A DNA stretch of 64,000 bases, from the NCBI GenBank assembly GCA_045600905.1, contig JAZRYT010000134.1, forward strand, positions 2,930 through 66,929. The letters run 5' to 3'. The notes beneath the pieces are model-generated. The model was not told the DNA's origin, did no database searches, and saw only the letters and a program-made list of their open reading frames with translations. Positions 54,220 through 63,776 of this stretch are shown piece after piece. This DNA is from Bacteroidales bacterium. GTDB lineage: Bacteria; Bacteroidota; Bacteroidia; Bacteroidales; WCHB1-69. The translations under genes and the position numbers were made by a program. Positions within the stretch are counted from its first letter, which is position 1, and the number at the start of each line of letters is the position of its first letter.

Positions 54220-54302
54220 TAGGTAATAGGTAACAGGTAACAGGTATTAGGTATTTCTTCCATTCTTATTATTCATTATTCATTATTCATTGTCCATTAT
54301 TT
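54217..54302 (+). repeat. Period-7 tandem array, 12 units in one phase (TAATAGG x2, TAACAGG x2, TATTAGG ... TCATTAT x2, TCATTGT, CCATTAT)
   Basis: Read directly. The 7-nt register is kept from 54217 to 54302 while the unit sequence drifts. Confidence 0.85.
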
Positions 54303-54354
54303 TGCTGTTTATAAATAATAAAATTTGGCACAGCATATCATATCACAATTTTTG

Positions 54355-54362
54355 TATATTTG
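54355..54362 (+). promoter_or_regulatory. Bacteroidota -7 promoter box (TAnnTTTG) for secDF
   Basis: tatatttg (context tgtatatttgcaacc), 62 nt upstream of the ATG at 54424. Confidence 0.5.
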
Positions 54363-54423
54363 CAACCTTGAATTTTTTAGGTTGAAATACATATAAATAA
54401 TTAAAAATCAAATAATTAAAAAG

Positions 54424-57400
54424 ATGAAAAACAAAGGACTAATTTTATTTTTCACGATTCTTTTAGCGCTTGTTTGCATCTACTGTCTCTCTTTCTCGTT
54501 CGTTACTTGGCGTGTTGAGAAGAAAGCTGCTCAGTTTGCAAATGACCCTGCTGCAATTGAAGAGGTGAAAAAGGAAGCACACGGTGACGTGATGTTGGAA
54601 AAACATTTGGTCGATTCTGTGATTGAAGCCAGAACCCGCCAATATTTGACCAATATGAACGACACTAAGGTCTTCTTGGGTAACACTTACAAGAAATGTA
54701 AGTACAAAGAGTTGAATTTGGGTTTGGACTTGAAAGGTGGTATGAACGTCACCTTGGAAATCTCTATGCCTGATGTTGTTCAAAGTTTGGCAACCAATAA
54801 GGAAGACCAGCTCTTCAAAACTACTTTTGAAAAATCAGAAAAAGAGTATGCCAATACTACCAATGGCGATTTCATTGACATCTTTGTCAAGAACTTCAAT
54901 TCTCAGAAGAGTGCGTTGAAAATGAACAACGCCAACCTTCGTACTTATTTTGGAGAACGCTCTGGTATCAAAAATGCAACTGATCAGCAAATCATCACTT
55001 GGATGAAGAAAGAGTCCTCCGAGATTGTTGACCGTACTTTCAAGATTCTCCGTACCCGTATCGACCGTTTCGGTGTGGCTCAACCGAACCTCCAAATGCT
55101 CCAAGGCGGCCGTATCCTCGTCGAACTGCCGGGTATCAAGGAACCCGAACGTGTTACTGACCTCTTGAAGAGCACTGCTAAACTCGAATTCTGGGAAGTT
55201 TATAACGACGTGGTCGGCGGCAAATCCATCACCCAACGTTTCATCGATGCTGATGCTCAATTGGCAGACATCATCAAAAACAAGAAAGCTCTTCCTCAAG
55301 AAGAAACAACAACTGTTGAAGATTCTACTGTAGCCAATGCTGACAGCGCACAAACAGAAGATGCTCTCGCAGCAGCTGACGCAACTGCAAACGAAGAAGT
55401 AGATGAAGATGAGGACGAAGAAGAAGCTCAAGCTTCCGCCGGTGCTATTATGAGCAAGGCTGTCGCAGTTCCCGGCAATTTTGTAATCGGCTACTTCAAA
55501 GAAGCTGATATGCCGGCTATCGATGCTCTCCTCCCTCAACTTCAAAAAGTATTAGGCGATAAGAACGTTGTCTTCTATTGGGGCTCTCCTGAAAAAGAAT
55601 ATGACAACGCTTATCCATTGTATCCTTTGAAAAAGAAAAACGACCGTATCGGACCGCTCTTGAGTTCCGAAACAATTGGTGGTGCTCGCGTCGTACGTAA
55701 CGCCCGTCAGGATGTTGACCAAAACAACCGCGTGGTCGTTAATATGTCTATGGAAGACCAAGCTGCTGATGAATGGCGTAAGATTACCAAAGAAGCTGCC
55801 GACAATAGCGCTTCCAAGCTGACTTGTATCGCTATCGTTTTGGATGAGTTCGTTTATTCCGCTCCTACCGTAAGATCTGAAATCCCTAACGGTAATTCCG
55901 AAATCTCCGGTAACTTCACCATCGAAGAAGCTAAAGACCTTGCTACCGTCCTTAATTCTGGTAACCTTGAAGCACGTGTGAACATCGTTCAATCAGAAGT
56001 TGTAGGTCCTACATTGGGTAAGGAATCCATCCGCTCAGGTTTGCTCTCCTTCCTCGGCGCTTTCATCCTCGTGGTTATCTATATGTTCTTCTACTATAGC
56101 CGCGCAGGTCTCGTTGCTGACATCGCTTTGTTCTCCAACGTGTTCTTCATCATCGGTGTCCTCGCTTCTATGGGCGCAGTCCTTACATTGCCTGGTATCG
56201 CTGGTATCGTTTTGACCTTGGGTATGGCAGTCGATGCGAACGTCATCATTTACGAACGTGTTCGTGAAGAGGTTCGCGCCGGCAAAGGTATCCGCGTTGC
56301 AATTGACGAAGGTTTCAAACATTCCTACTCCGCAATCATAGATGGTAACGTTACAACCTTGATTACCGCTATCGTTCTTTACATTTTCGGTTCTGGCCCT
56401 ATCCAAGGTTTCGCAACTACTTTGATTATCGGTATCCTTTCCTCCCTCTTCACCGCAATCCTCCTTTCTCGTTTGATTATCGAGGCTCGCTTGAAGAAAG
56501 GTAAAGAAGTTACGGTTGGTAGCAGCTTGACACTGAATGCTTTCACAAACTTGAATATCGACTTCCTCAGCAAGAGAAAATACTTCTATATCCTTTCTTG
56601 CAGCTTGATCGTTATTTCCATCATATCCTTCTGCACATTGAAACTCCAACCAGGTATCGATTTCACTGGTGGCCGTTGCTATGTGGTCCGTTTTGATAAG
56701 GACGTTACAACAAAGGATGTCCGTGAAGCAGTTTCCAAAGAATTTGGCGGTAACCCTGAAGTGAAGACCTTCGGTAGCAACGACCAAATCCGTATCATCA
56801 CGAACTTCAAAATCGACAGCAATGATCCTAAAGACGACCAACTCTGCGAACAGAAACTTTTCAACTGTTTGAAGAGTTTCTATAACAAACAAGACCTTTC
56901 TGAATATGACTTCACCCACTTGACCAATGATGTCCGTGGTATCCAGTCTTCTCAGAAGATTCAACCGACAGTCGCTAAAGAACTCTTGATGAACGCTGTT
57001 TGGGCAGTCTTGGCTTCCCTCGTGCTGATCTTCATCTATATCGCTATCCGATTCAGAAATTGGCAGTTCGGTATGGCTGGCGTTGGCGCTCTGTTCCACG
57101 ACTCCTTCCTGACTATCGGTATGTTCTCCTTGTTCTACAAGGTAATGCCGTTCTCAATGGAAATCGACCAGAACTTCATCGCTGCTATTTTGACGGTGAT
57201 TGGTTACTCTATTAACAACGTTGTGGTCATTATGGACCGTGTACGTGAAAACCTCGCCCTCTATCCGAAACGTTCCAACTACGACAACTTCAATGCTGCT
57301 ATCAACAGCACAATGGGCCGTAGTGTCAATACCGCAGTCACCACATTGGTTACCTTGTTGGTGATCTTCTTGTTCGGTGGCGAAGTTATCCGCGGCTTCG

Positions 57401-57531
57401 TATTCGCAATGTTTATCGGTATTATGTTTGGTACATATTCCGGTATCCTCGTTGCTAACCCGTTCGCATTCGACCTCATTCGCCTTAAAGGTGGTGAAGT
57501 TAAACGTGCCAAAGCCGAGGTGGTAAAGTAG
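54424..57531 (+). CDS. secDF: Protein translocase subunit SecDF (fused)
   Basis: 1,035 aa. SecD periplasmic domain plus 6 TM helices, then a SecF-like second 6-TM half (…GIDFTGG…). The fused form is typical of Bacteroidota. An acidic insert EEVDEDEDEEEAQ lies in the periplasmic domain. Confidence 0.9.
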   Translation: MKNKGLILFFTILLALVCIYCLSFSFVTWRVEKKAAQFANDPAAIEEVKKEAHGDVMLEKHLVDSVIEARTRQYLTNMNDTKVFLGNTYKKCKYKELNLGLDLKGGMNVTLEISMPDVVQSLATNKEDQLFKTTFEKSEKEYANTTNGDFIDIFVKNFNSQKSALKMNNANLRTYFGERSGIKNATDQQIITWMKKESSEIVDRTFKILRTRIDRFGVAQPNLQMLQGGRILVELPGIKEPERVTDLLKSTAKLEFWEVYNDVVGGKSITQRFIDADAQLADIIKNKKALPQEETTTVEDSTVANADSAQTEDALAAADATANEEVDEDEDEEEAQASAGAIMSKAVAVPGNFVIGYFKEADMPAIDALLPQLQKVLGDKNVVFYWGSPEKEYDNAYPLYPLKKKNDRIGPLLSSETIGGARVVRNARQDVDQNNRVVVNMSMEDQAADEWRKITKEAADNSASKLTCIAIVLDEFVYSAPTVRSEIPNGNSEISGNFTIEEAKDLATVLNSGNLEARVNIVQSEVVGPTLGKESIRSGLLSFLGAFILVVIYMFFYYSRAGLVADIALFSNVFFIIGVLASMGAVLTLPGIAGIVLTLGMAVDANVIIYERVREEVRAGKGIRVAIDEGFKHSYSAIIDGNVTTLITAIVLYIFGSGPIQGFATTLIIGILSSLFTAILLSRLIIEARLKKGKEVTVGSSLTLNAFTNLNIDFLSKRKYFYILSCSLIVISIISFCTLKLQPGIDFTGGRCYVVRFDKDVTTKDVREAVSKEFGGNPEVKTFGSNDQIRIITNFKIDSNDPKDDQLCEQKLFNCLKSFYNKQDLSEYDFTHLTNDVRGIQSSQKIQPTVAKELLMNAVWAVLASLVLIFIYIAIRFRNWQFGMAGVGALFHDSFLTIGMFSLFYKVMPFSMEIDQNFIAAILTVIGYSINNVVVIMDRVRENLALYPKRSNYDNFNAAINSTMGRSVNTAVTTLVTLLVIFLFGGEVIRGFVFAMFIGIMFGTYSGILVANPFAFDLIRLKGGEVKRAKAEVVK

Positions 57532-57555
57532 TTGATAACTAACCTATAAAAAATC

Positions 57556-57590
57556 ATTCGGGACAGTGCAAACTGTCCCGAATTTTTTTT
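57556..57590 (+). terminator. Rho-independent terminator after secDF
   Basis: attcgggacagt (57556-67) / gcaa / actgtcccgaat (57572-83) followed by tttttttt. Confidence 0.85.
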
Positions 57591-57632
57591 ATTTTAGCGC
57601 TCTCATTTTTATTAGGTAAAATATTTATAAGT

Positions 57633-60158
57633 ATGAAGATATATAAACCCTTTCTGCTTCTTGCAACTATCTTGATGACAACAACTTGCGTGCTTAGAGC
57701 ACAAGTGCTTAGAGAGGCGGACAATAAGTTCCGCGATTGTCAATATGAGACGGCGTTAGACCTATATAAGAAAGGTATCAAGAAGCTCTCTTCTAACAGA
57801 GTTGAGATTCAACGCGCAACTTTCCAAATTGCTGAATGTTATCGTATTATGGGTGACCTTAAAAAGGCTGAACAACAATATCTCCGCCTTGAAAAGAAAA
57901 ACTATCAGAAGGATAACCCTATGATTCTCTTCCATTTGGCTAATATCTACAACCTTCGTGGCGACTATGATTTGGCTATGAAGTATTATCAGAATTATAA
58001 GAAACGTGCTCCGGAAGATGAACGCGCCGATGTGTTTATCCAAGGATGTCAAAATGCCAAAATGTGGAATGAAAATCCTACCCGCTACGAAGTCGAGAAT
58101 TTGAAGAAATTCAATACTCGTGACGATGAATGGGCTCCTAGATGGGGTAATGATGAAAAACGAAATTCCATTATTTTTACGTCTAACCGTGAAGGTTCTA
58201 AAGGTAAAGGTACCGACCAATGGACCGGCGTTTGCTTCTCTGATATCTATATTTCCAACAAACCGAAAAGCAAAAACACGGATTGGCCGGGTGAATGGTC
58301 TCCCGTTACCGCTGTCGATGAAGGCGAAACACTCAACTCCGGCGTGAACGAAGGTGAAGCCTGCTCTAATCGTAAAGGTACGGTCTATTATTTCACCAAA
58401 TGTCCCCAAGACAAGAAAAAAGTCCAGGGCTGCTACATCTACAAATCTATGAAGAAAGGTAAAGCGTGGGGCGAACCTGAATTGGTGGATTTAGGCGATT
58501 CCGCATACAATTATGTGCATCCCTTTATCTCTGGCGATGAATTGACAATTTATTTCGCATCCAACAAACCAGGTGGCCTTGGCGGTTATGATATTTATAA
58601 AGCTACCAGAGCTAAGAAATCTGCTAAATTCACGGATATTACAAACCTCGGTCCTAATGTCAATACGCCTGGTCAGGAAGTCTTCCCGGCACTGAGAAAC
58701 GATGAAGAACTCTATTTCTCTTCAGATGGTTGGCCAGGTCTTGGCGGCCTCGACCTCTTTGTCTCACGCGTTAAAGACGGCCAGTTCCAACCGGCGGAGA
58801 ATTTGATGGTTCCGATTAACTCCTCTTACGACGAAATCGGTATTATCTTCGATGAAAATGAAGCTATTGACCCGAAATCCAAATCACCCTATTTGGCAAA
58901 AGGTTACTTCTCCTCAAACCGTCCCGGCGGTCGTGGTGGTGACGATATCTACTACTTCCTCCTTCGTCCACTCGTTTATACGTTGTCCGGTTATGTCAGA
59001 GACAAGAATAACGGACAATATATGGATGGCGTTGAGGTCGAAATCGTTGGCTCTGATGGAACATCCTACAAAACAACAACGGATGTGAAGGGTTATTACC
59101 ATTTTGACAAAACCAAAATCTTGGGGGCAACCACATACGATATCAAGGTCGCCAAGAAAGGTTATTGGGAAAATGGCAATACGGCAAAAGCTACTACCGT
59201 CGGCCTTGAAGAAAATACGGATTTGAAACAAGACTTCTCTTTGGAACCTATCCCGAAGGAGCCAATCCTTCTTCCGGAAATTCTGTACGATTTGGCAAAG
59301 TGGGATTTGAAACCGCAATACAAAGATTCTTTGATGTATTTGTATAATATTATGGTCAAGAACCCGACTATCGTTATCGAGCTCCGTTCCCATACCGATG
59401 CTCGTGACTCGGAAGAAAAGAATGACATTCTGTCCCAGCGTCGTGCCGAGTCCTGTGTGAACTTCCTTGTCGAAGAGAAGGGTATCGCTGCTGACCGTAT
59501 TGTTGCCAAGGGCTATGGTGAACGTGTTCCGCGCAAACTCGAAAAGGATATGTACTCCGTGTATAACGGTAAAAAGTATTTCTTTGCTAAGGGTACGGTC
59601 CTGACGGAAGAATATTGCGAGTCCTTACCGACAAAACCCGAACGAGAAGCAGCTCACCAATTGAACCGTCGTACTGAGTTCATCATTTTACGTGACGACT
59701 ACGTGCCCAGCAATGACAATATTGACAGCGTACGCAAGACAACAGGTGGTATCGCTCTTATTCAACAACGTACCGTTCCTGTCACTATCGTTGGTGATGC
59801 AGTCAAGGGCAACTGTTTCGCAAACAGCAAATCTATGGAATTTGTTATTGGCAACAATAGTGAAGAAATCTTTATGAATTATGCAGACGCAACCCGTTTC
59901 TTGAAAGAATCCATCATTAATTTGAATGACTTTGAAGAAAAATCCGGTGCTATCAAACAAGAAGACGGTAGCATCTTGGAAGGCGCAGTCCTCTATCTTG
60001 AAGAACTTCGTATTGGTGATGACTATTCTGAAAATGTAAAAGTTACGGTGAAGAAGAACCTGCCTTCCGCTTTCGTGGTGGGCGATGGCTTTATCCAAAA
60101 CGAATGGGGCGAATTTACGATTGACAAAGAACATAATCAGCTGAAGTTTAATAAATAA
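57633..60158 (+). CDS. PorE-like multidomain protein: TPR, PD40/WD40-like beta-propeller, carboxypeptidase-regulatory-like domain and OmpA_C, plus a 149-aa extra C-terminal domain
   Basis: The signal sequence has a Cys (LMTTTCVLRA, possible lipobox). TPR-like helices (IAECYRIMGDLKKAEQQYL, LANIYNLRGDYDLAMKYYQ). Four PD40-like repeats (IIFTSNREG; IYFASNKPGGLGGYDIY; LYFSSDGWPGLGGLDLF; GYFSSNRPGGRGGDDIYYF). CRD-like YTLSGYVRDKNNGQYMDGVEVEIVG. OmpA_C IELRSHTDARDSEEKNDILSQRRAESCVNFL. This four-domain order matches that described for P. gingivalis PorE (PG1058). Confidence 0.6.
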   Translation: MKIYKPFLLLATILMTTTCVLRAQVLREADNKFRDCQYETALDLYKKGIKKLSSNRVEIQRATFQIAECYRIMGDLKKAEQQYLRLEKKNYQKDNPMILFHLANIYNLRGDYDLAMKYYQNYKKRAPEDERADVFIQGCQNAKMWNENPTRYEVENLKKFNTRDDEWAPRWGNDEKRNSIIFTSNREGSKGKGTDQWTGVCFSDIYISNKPKSKNTDWPGEWSPVTAVDEGETLNSGVNEGEACSNRKGTVYYFTKCPQDKKKVQGCYIYKSMKKGKAWGEPELVDLGDSAYNYVHPFISGDELTIYFASNKPGGLGGYDIYKATRAKKSAKFTDITNLGPNVNTPGQEVFPALRNDEELYFSSDGWPGLGGLDLFVSRVKDGQFQPAENLMVPINSSYDEIGIIFDENEAIDPKSKSPYLAKGYFSSNRPGGRGGDDIYYFLLRPLVYTLSGYVRDKNNGQYMDGVEVEIVGSDGTSYKTTTDVKGYYHFDKTKILGATTYDIKVAKKGYWENGNTAKATTVGLEENTDLKQDFSLEPIPKEPILLPEILYDLAKWDLKPQYKDSLMYLYNIMVKNPTIVIELRSHTDARDSEEKNDILSQRRAESCVNFLVEEKGIAADRIVAKGYGERVPRKLEKDMYSVYNGKKYFFAKGTVLTEEYCESLPTKPEREAAHQLNRRTEFIILRDDYVPSNDNIDSVRKTTGGIALIQQRTVPVTIVGDAVKGNCFANSKSMEFVIGNNSEEIFMNYADATRFLKESIINLNDFEEKSGAIKQEDGSILEGAVLYLEELRIGDDYSENVKVTVKKNLPSAFVVGDGFIQNEWGEFTIDKEHNQLKFNK

Positions 60159-60186
60159 GAATACTTGTACAACTAAATTAACTATA

Positions 60187-60215
60187 AGGGCAATCTGTGG
60201 GTTGCTCTTTTTTTT
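60187..60215 (+). terminator. Rho-independent terminator after the PorE-like gene
   Basis: agggcaa (60187-93) / loop / ttgctct (60202-08), with one G-U pair, followed by a T-run to 60215. Confidence 0.65.
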
Positions 60216-60220
60216 GAGAG

Positions 60221-61354
60221 ATGTCGCGAACTTACAAACTTTTTATACTATGTGCGGTTATGTCTCTATCGCTAACCGCTTCTTTTGCTCAAGATACTAC
60301 GAGGAACAAAAAAAGGGATTTTGATTTTATCTCGAAACTTCAATTGGAGGTCCGGGCTGAATTTGAATTTGATCAACCCATTATTCGTTCATACGATGAT
60401 GAAATCCGACTCGGGAACTCCTCTTATGGCTTTTACGGCCGTTATTTCAATTTCCATTTCGAAGGTAATTTGACAAAGAATTTGTCATATCTTTTCCATC
60501 AGCGGATAATTGCGAATCCTGGTTAGGTCAAATTTTTTGACAATACGGATTTTATGTATTTAAATTATGCGATAAATCCCAATTGGTCTATCCGTGTGGG
60601 GAAAGAGGCATTGGCCTTAGGTGGCTATGAGTATGATGCCGCTCCAATTGATGTGATATACAGTTCGTATTATTGGGATTATATTTATTGTTTCCAATTG
60701 GCAGCGCGTGCCACTTTCCAAACCAAAGATCAAAAAAACAAATTTAGTTTTCAAGTGGCTACATCTCCGTATATGTATTATGGTTCGAGTTACCAAAATT
60801 CCCTTTTGAGTTATAATCTTTTGTGGTCTGGAAATTTCGGATGCTTTAATGCCATCTATTCGTTTAGTATGTTTGAACGCGCAAAAGGGAAATTTATGAA
60901 TTACATAGCCTTAGGAAACCGATTGAAATTTGACCGTTTCAAAATATATTTGGATTTGATACATCATGCCACCAATACTCAACAGCTGTTTAAAAACTTT
61001 GCTGTTATTAGTAGGGCAGATTGGCAGATTGATGATCGGGCCAGTCTTTTTGCTAAAATCGGTTATGAACAAAATTTGGATCAGTTGGAAATTCAGAACT
61101 ATTTGGCAACAGGTGAAATATGGGATTGTCTGGCAATCCCCGGACGACAATATTTTTATTATGGGATAGGGTGTGAGTTCCGTCCGAGAAAATGCAGGGA
61201 TGTTCGTATTCATGCGTATTTGGCAGATTATTCGGAACGGAATGACTATGTGTCTCATTCTCCATTGAACAATGATAGAGATGTCTTCAATTTGAGAGCA
61301 AATGTCGGAGTAACTTGGTTTATTGATTTTGTAAAATATTTTTTGAATAAATGA
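60221..61354 (+). pseudogene. Outer-membrane porin (phosphate-selective porin O/P-like) interrupted by a single in-frame TAG at 60524-60526
   Basis: ORFs 60221..60526 and 60554..61354 are in the same frame. Read through, the junction is ...HQRIIANPG-TAG-VKFFDNTDFMYLNYAINPNWSIRVGKEALALGGYEYD, a continuous beta-barrel-like sequence. The N-terminal piece carries the signal peptide (MSLSLTASFAQ). Confidence 0.6.
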
Positions 61355-62577
61355 AAGTAAGACGCAAACGTACGCGAAAATACGCGCTTAGAGTAGAAAA
61401 ACTGTTTCATTTTTTGGAACGAAAGCTGAAACTTAAAAGGTCTTTAAGTTTTACAACTAAACGTTCCATCGAAGCTGTTGTATTTTTAATCATTTTCTTT
61501 GCCTTTTTTGGCTTGTTGGCATATAAGATGACGTTGCCGATGATGCTGAATACGTACATGCAGACGGCTTACCACCTGCTGCTGGAGACCGTATTCTACA
61601 TTATGGCCATCTGTGTGTTGATGGGGGCCATTAGCAAGCTGCTGACGGAATTCGGCGTGGTACGCCTGATGGAAAACATTCTGCGCCCTTTTATGAGGCC
61701 TCTGTACAACCTTCCCGGTGTGGCTGCTTTAGGCGCGGTAATGACTTTCTTGAGCGATAATCCTGCCATTATCACTCTGTCAAAGGATAAGAACTTCAGC
61801 CGCTATTTTAAAAAATACCAGTTGGTGTCCCTTACCAATTTCGGCACGGCTTTCGGTATGGGGCTGGTCGTATTGGCCTTTATGACAGGTCTTGGCTATG
61901 GTAAAGGCGCTTTAATCGGCATCGTGGGCGCGGTGGTCGGCAGTATCATTTCTACCCGTTTGATGCAGCGTTTCACGTTGCGCTCCTATCCCGAATTGGA
62001 TGAGCCAGTGACCGAAGGGGAAGGCGATGAACAGTCCATCTCTTTCAAAAGTGAAGGTAGCGTGTTTATGCGCTTCCTCAATTCCATTTTGGATGGAGGT
62101 AAGGATGGTGTGGGTATTGGCGTAGCCATCATTCCCGGTGTCTTGGTTATATCTACGATTGTGATGATGATGACCTTCGGCCCTTCTGGCGAAGGCGGAC
62201 AATATACGGGTGTGGCATACGAGGGCGTGCCTGTGATTACTTGGGCGGCCGACAAGGTCGGTTTCGTGTTCAAGTGGCTGTTTGGATTTACCAGCCCAGA
62301 GTTGATTTCCTTCCCGATTACCGCTTTGGGTGCTGTTGGAGCCGCATTAGGTCTTGTGCCTCGCTTTATTAGTCAAGGCCTCATCGACAACAATGCGATT
62401 GCGGTATTTACGGCTATGGGTATGTGCTGGAGCGGCTATTTGAGCACACATACGGCAATGTTGGATTCTATGGGCTATCGCAAACTCATCAGCAAGGCTA
62501 TTGGCGCGCATACCATAGGCGGTTTGTTCGCCGGTATTGCAGCACACTGGTTGTTTGTGCTTATATCCTTACTCTAA
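61351..62577 (+). CDS. Polytopic inner-membrane protein, nucleoside-recognition (Gate) domain-like transporter
   Basis: 408 aa with about 10 hydrophobic helices and a basic N-terminus. Segments such as LMENILRPFMRPLYNLPGVAALGAVMTFLSDNPAI resemble Gate-domain proteins (recalled, not searched). The start overlaps the porin stop (ATGA). Confidence 0.45.
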   Translation: MKVRRKRTRKYALRVEKLFHFLERKLKLKRSLSFTTKRSIEAVVFLIIFFAFFGLLAYKMTLPMMLNTYMQTAYHLLLETVFYIMAICVLMGAISKLLTEFGVVRLMENILRPFMRPLYNLPGVAALGAVMTFLSDNPAIITLSKDKNFSRYFKKYQLVSLTNFGTAFGMGLVVLAFMTGLGYGKGALIGIVGAVVGSIISTRLMQRFTLRSYPELDEPVTEGEGDEQSISFKSEGSVFMRFLNSILDGGKDGVGIGVAIIPGVLVISTIVMMMTFGPSGEGGQYTGVAYEGVPVITWAADKVGFVFKWLFGFTSPELISFPITALGAVGAALGLVPRFISQGLIDNNAIAVFTAMGMCWSGYLSTHTAMLDSMGYRKLISKAIGAHTIGGLFAGIAAHWLFVLISLL

Positions 62578-62615
62578 ATTTCTGTTTGTGCGCCTATTGC
62601 AGCTTGTGACAGGTG

Positions 62616-63347
62616 CTATTTCCTAAGTTCGAAGTTAGAACCCAGATAGACTTTCTTGACTATTGGGTCGGCGGCTAATTCTTCAGCAGTGCCGGATTTC
62701 AGTACGCGGCCTTCGTAAAGGAGGTAGGCACGGTCTGTGATGGATAATGTCTCGTGGACGTTGTGGTCGGTGATGACAATGCCGATGTTCTTGTCTTTGA
62801 GCTTGGCCACGATGTTCTGGATGTCTTCCACGGCTATGGGGTCAACGCCGGCGAAAGGCTCGTCCAACAGGATGAACTTAGGATCGGAAGCGAGGCATCG
62901 GGCGATTTCCACACGGCGGCGCTCGCCACCGGAAAGGTTGTTGCCCTTGTTATGACGGACTTTTTCAATGTTGAATTCTGAAATCAGGCTCTCCAGCTTG
63001 TCTTTTTGTTCTTGCTTGCTTTTGCCGCTGAATTCCAAGATGGCCTTGATGTTGTCTTCAACGGTGAGATGACGGAAGACGGAAGCCTCTTGGGGAAGGT
63101 ATGCCAAACCAAGTTTTGCGCGCTTGTACATAGGCATATCCGTGATATCCATATCGTTCAGGTATATGTCACCGGCGTATGGCTTGATAAGCCCGACAAT
63201 CATATAGAAGGAGGTTGTTTTGCCGGCACCGTTTGGCCCTAACAAACCCACGATTTCACCTTGCGTGAACTCGATGGATACTTCGTTGACAACGGTTCTG
63301 TTTTTGTATTTTTTGACGAGTCCTTCGGTACGAATTCTATATTCCAT
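62616..63347 (-). CDS. lptB: LPS export ABC transporter ATP-binding protein LptB
   Basis: 243 aa. Walker [10 protein letters not shown], signature [16 protein letters not shown], Walker [14 protein letters not shown]. Length and C-terminal motif are typical of LptB. Confidence 0.9.
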   Translation of the reverse strand: MEYRIRTEGLVKKYKNRTVVNEVSIEFTQGEIVGLLGPNGAGKTTSFYMIVGLIKPYAGDIYLNDMDITDMPMYKRAKLGLAYLPQEASVFRHLTVEDNIKAILEFSGKSKQEQKDKLESLISEFNIEKVRHNKGNNLSGGERRRVEIARCLASDPKFILLDEPFAGVDPIAVEDIQNIVAKLKDKNIGIVITDHNVHETLSITDRAYLLYEGRVLKSGTAEELAADPIVKKVYLGSNFELRK

Positions 63348-63348
63348 A

Positions 63349-63762
63349 TTAACAGCTCCTTTCGGTCATTTCTTTGATTTTCAAAAGTGCTTTGTTGAGT
63401 GCCTGCTCAACGGGTCCTTTCAGCATCGGCTGCATAAAGATGGGCACATCGGCTTCCGCAACAATCTGCACAATACTGCCACAGTCCGTGTCCTCGATGA
63501 GAAAGTCGGCAGTGGCGGAAAATTTCTTGTCAGTATCTATAAGGTACGAAACTTTGCTGAAGGGGATCTGCCCCGACAACTTGAAATAGCAGGTCACCAT
63601 ACCGTTGATGGTGAAGCTGCATCCGTCATTCGTTACCGTCCAATCGGTGATTTGCGGTATGGACGGGGCCTGTTGGTTTCGGGTGAAATTCAATAGGGCG
63701 TTAAACACTCTGTCGGGTGAAATGGTAAGGTTTTCCTTGTTACTTTGAATCTTCATAAACAC
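63349..63762 (-). CDS. Hypothetical 137-aa protein (possibly SRPBCC/START-like fold), co-transcribed with lptB
   Basis: One nt separates its stop from the lptB start. A beta-rich core is followed by a C-terminal helix ([17 protein letters not shown]). The fold guess is weak. Confidence 0.4.
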   Translation of the reverse strand: MFMKIQSNKENLTISPDRVFNALLNFTRNQQAPSIPQITDWTVTNDGCSFTINGMVTCYFKLSGQIPFSKVSYLIDTDKKFSATADFLIEDTDCGSIVQIVAEADVPIFMQPMLKGPVEQALNKALLKIKEMTERSC

Positions 63763-63776
63763 TGTGAAATAGGCCG

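Noticed and set aside
17155-57099. Long antisense ORFs opposite GC3-rich or strongly biased genes (17155-17913, 18115-18993, 19958-20719, 23688-24605, 27387-28769, 33150-34256, 41817-42686, 43445-44086, 53227-54039, 54835-55545, 56035-57099)
   Set aside because: Each lies fully inside a confidently identified gene on the other strand and translates to motif-free, compositionally odd sequence. These are typical shadow ORFs.
60524-60526. Genome-wide TAG reassignment (or pyrrolysine-type recoding) as the explanation for the in-frame amber codon in the porin
   Set aside because: TAG clearly terminates rsmH (38426-28), murE (42729-31), mraY (44066-68), ftsW (45860-62) and secDF (57529-31) at the expected protein ends. 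No pyl-like genes were seen.
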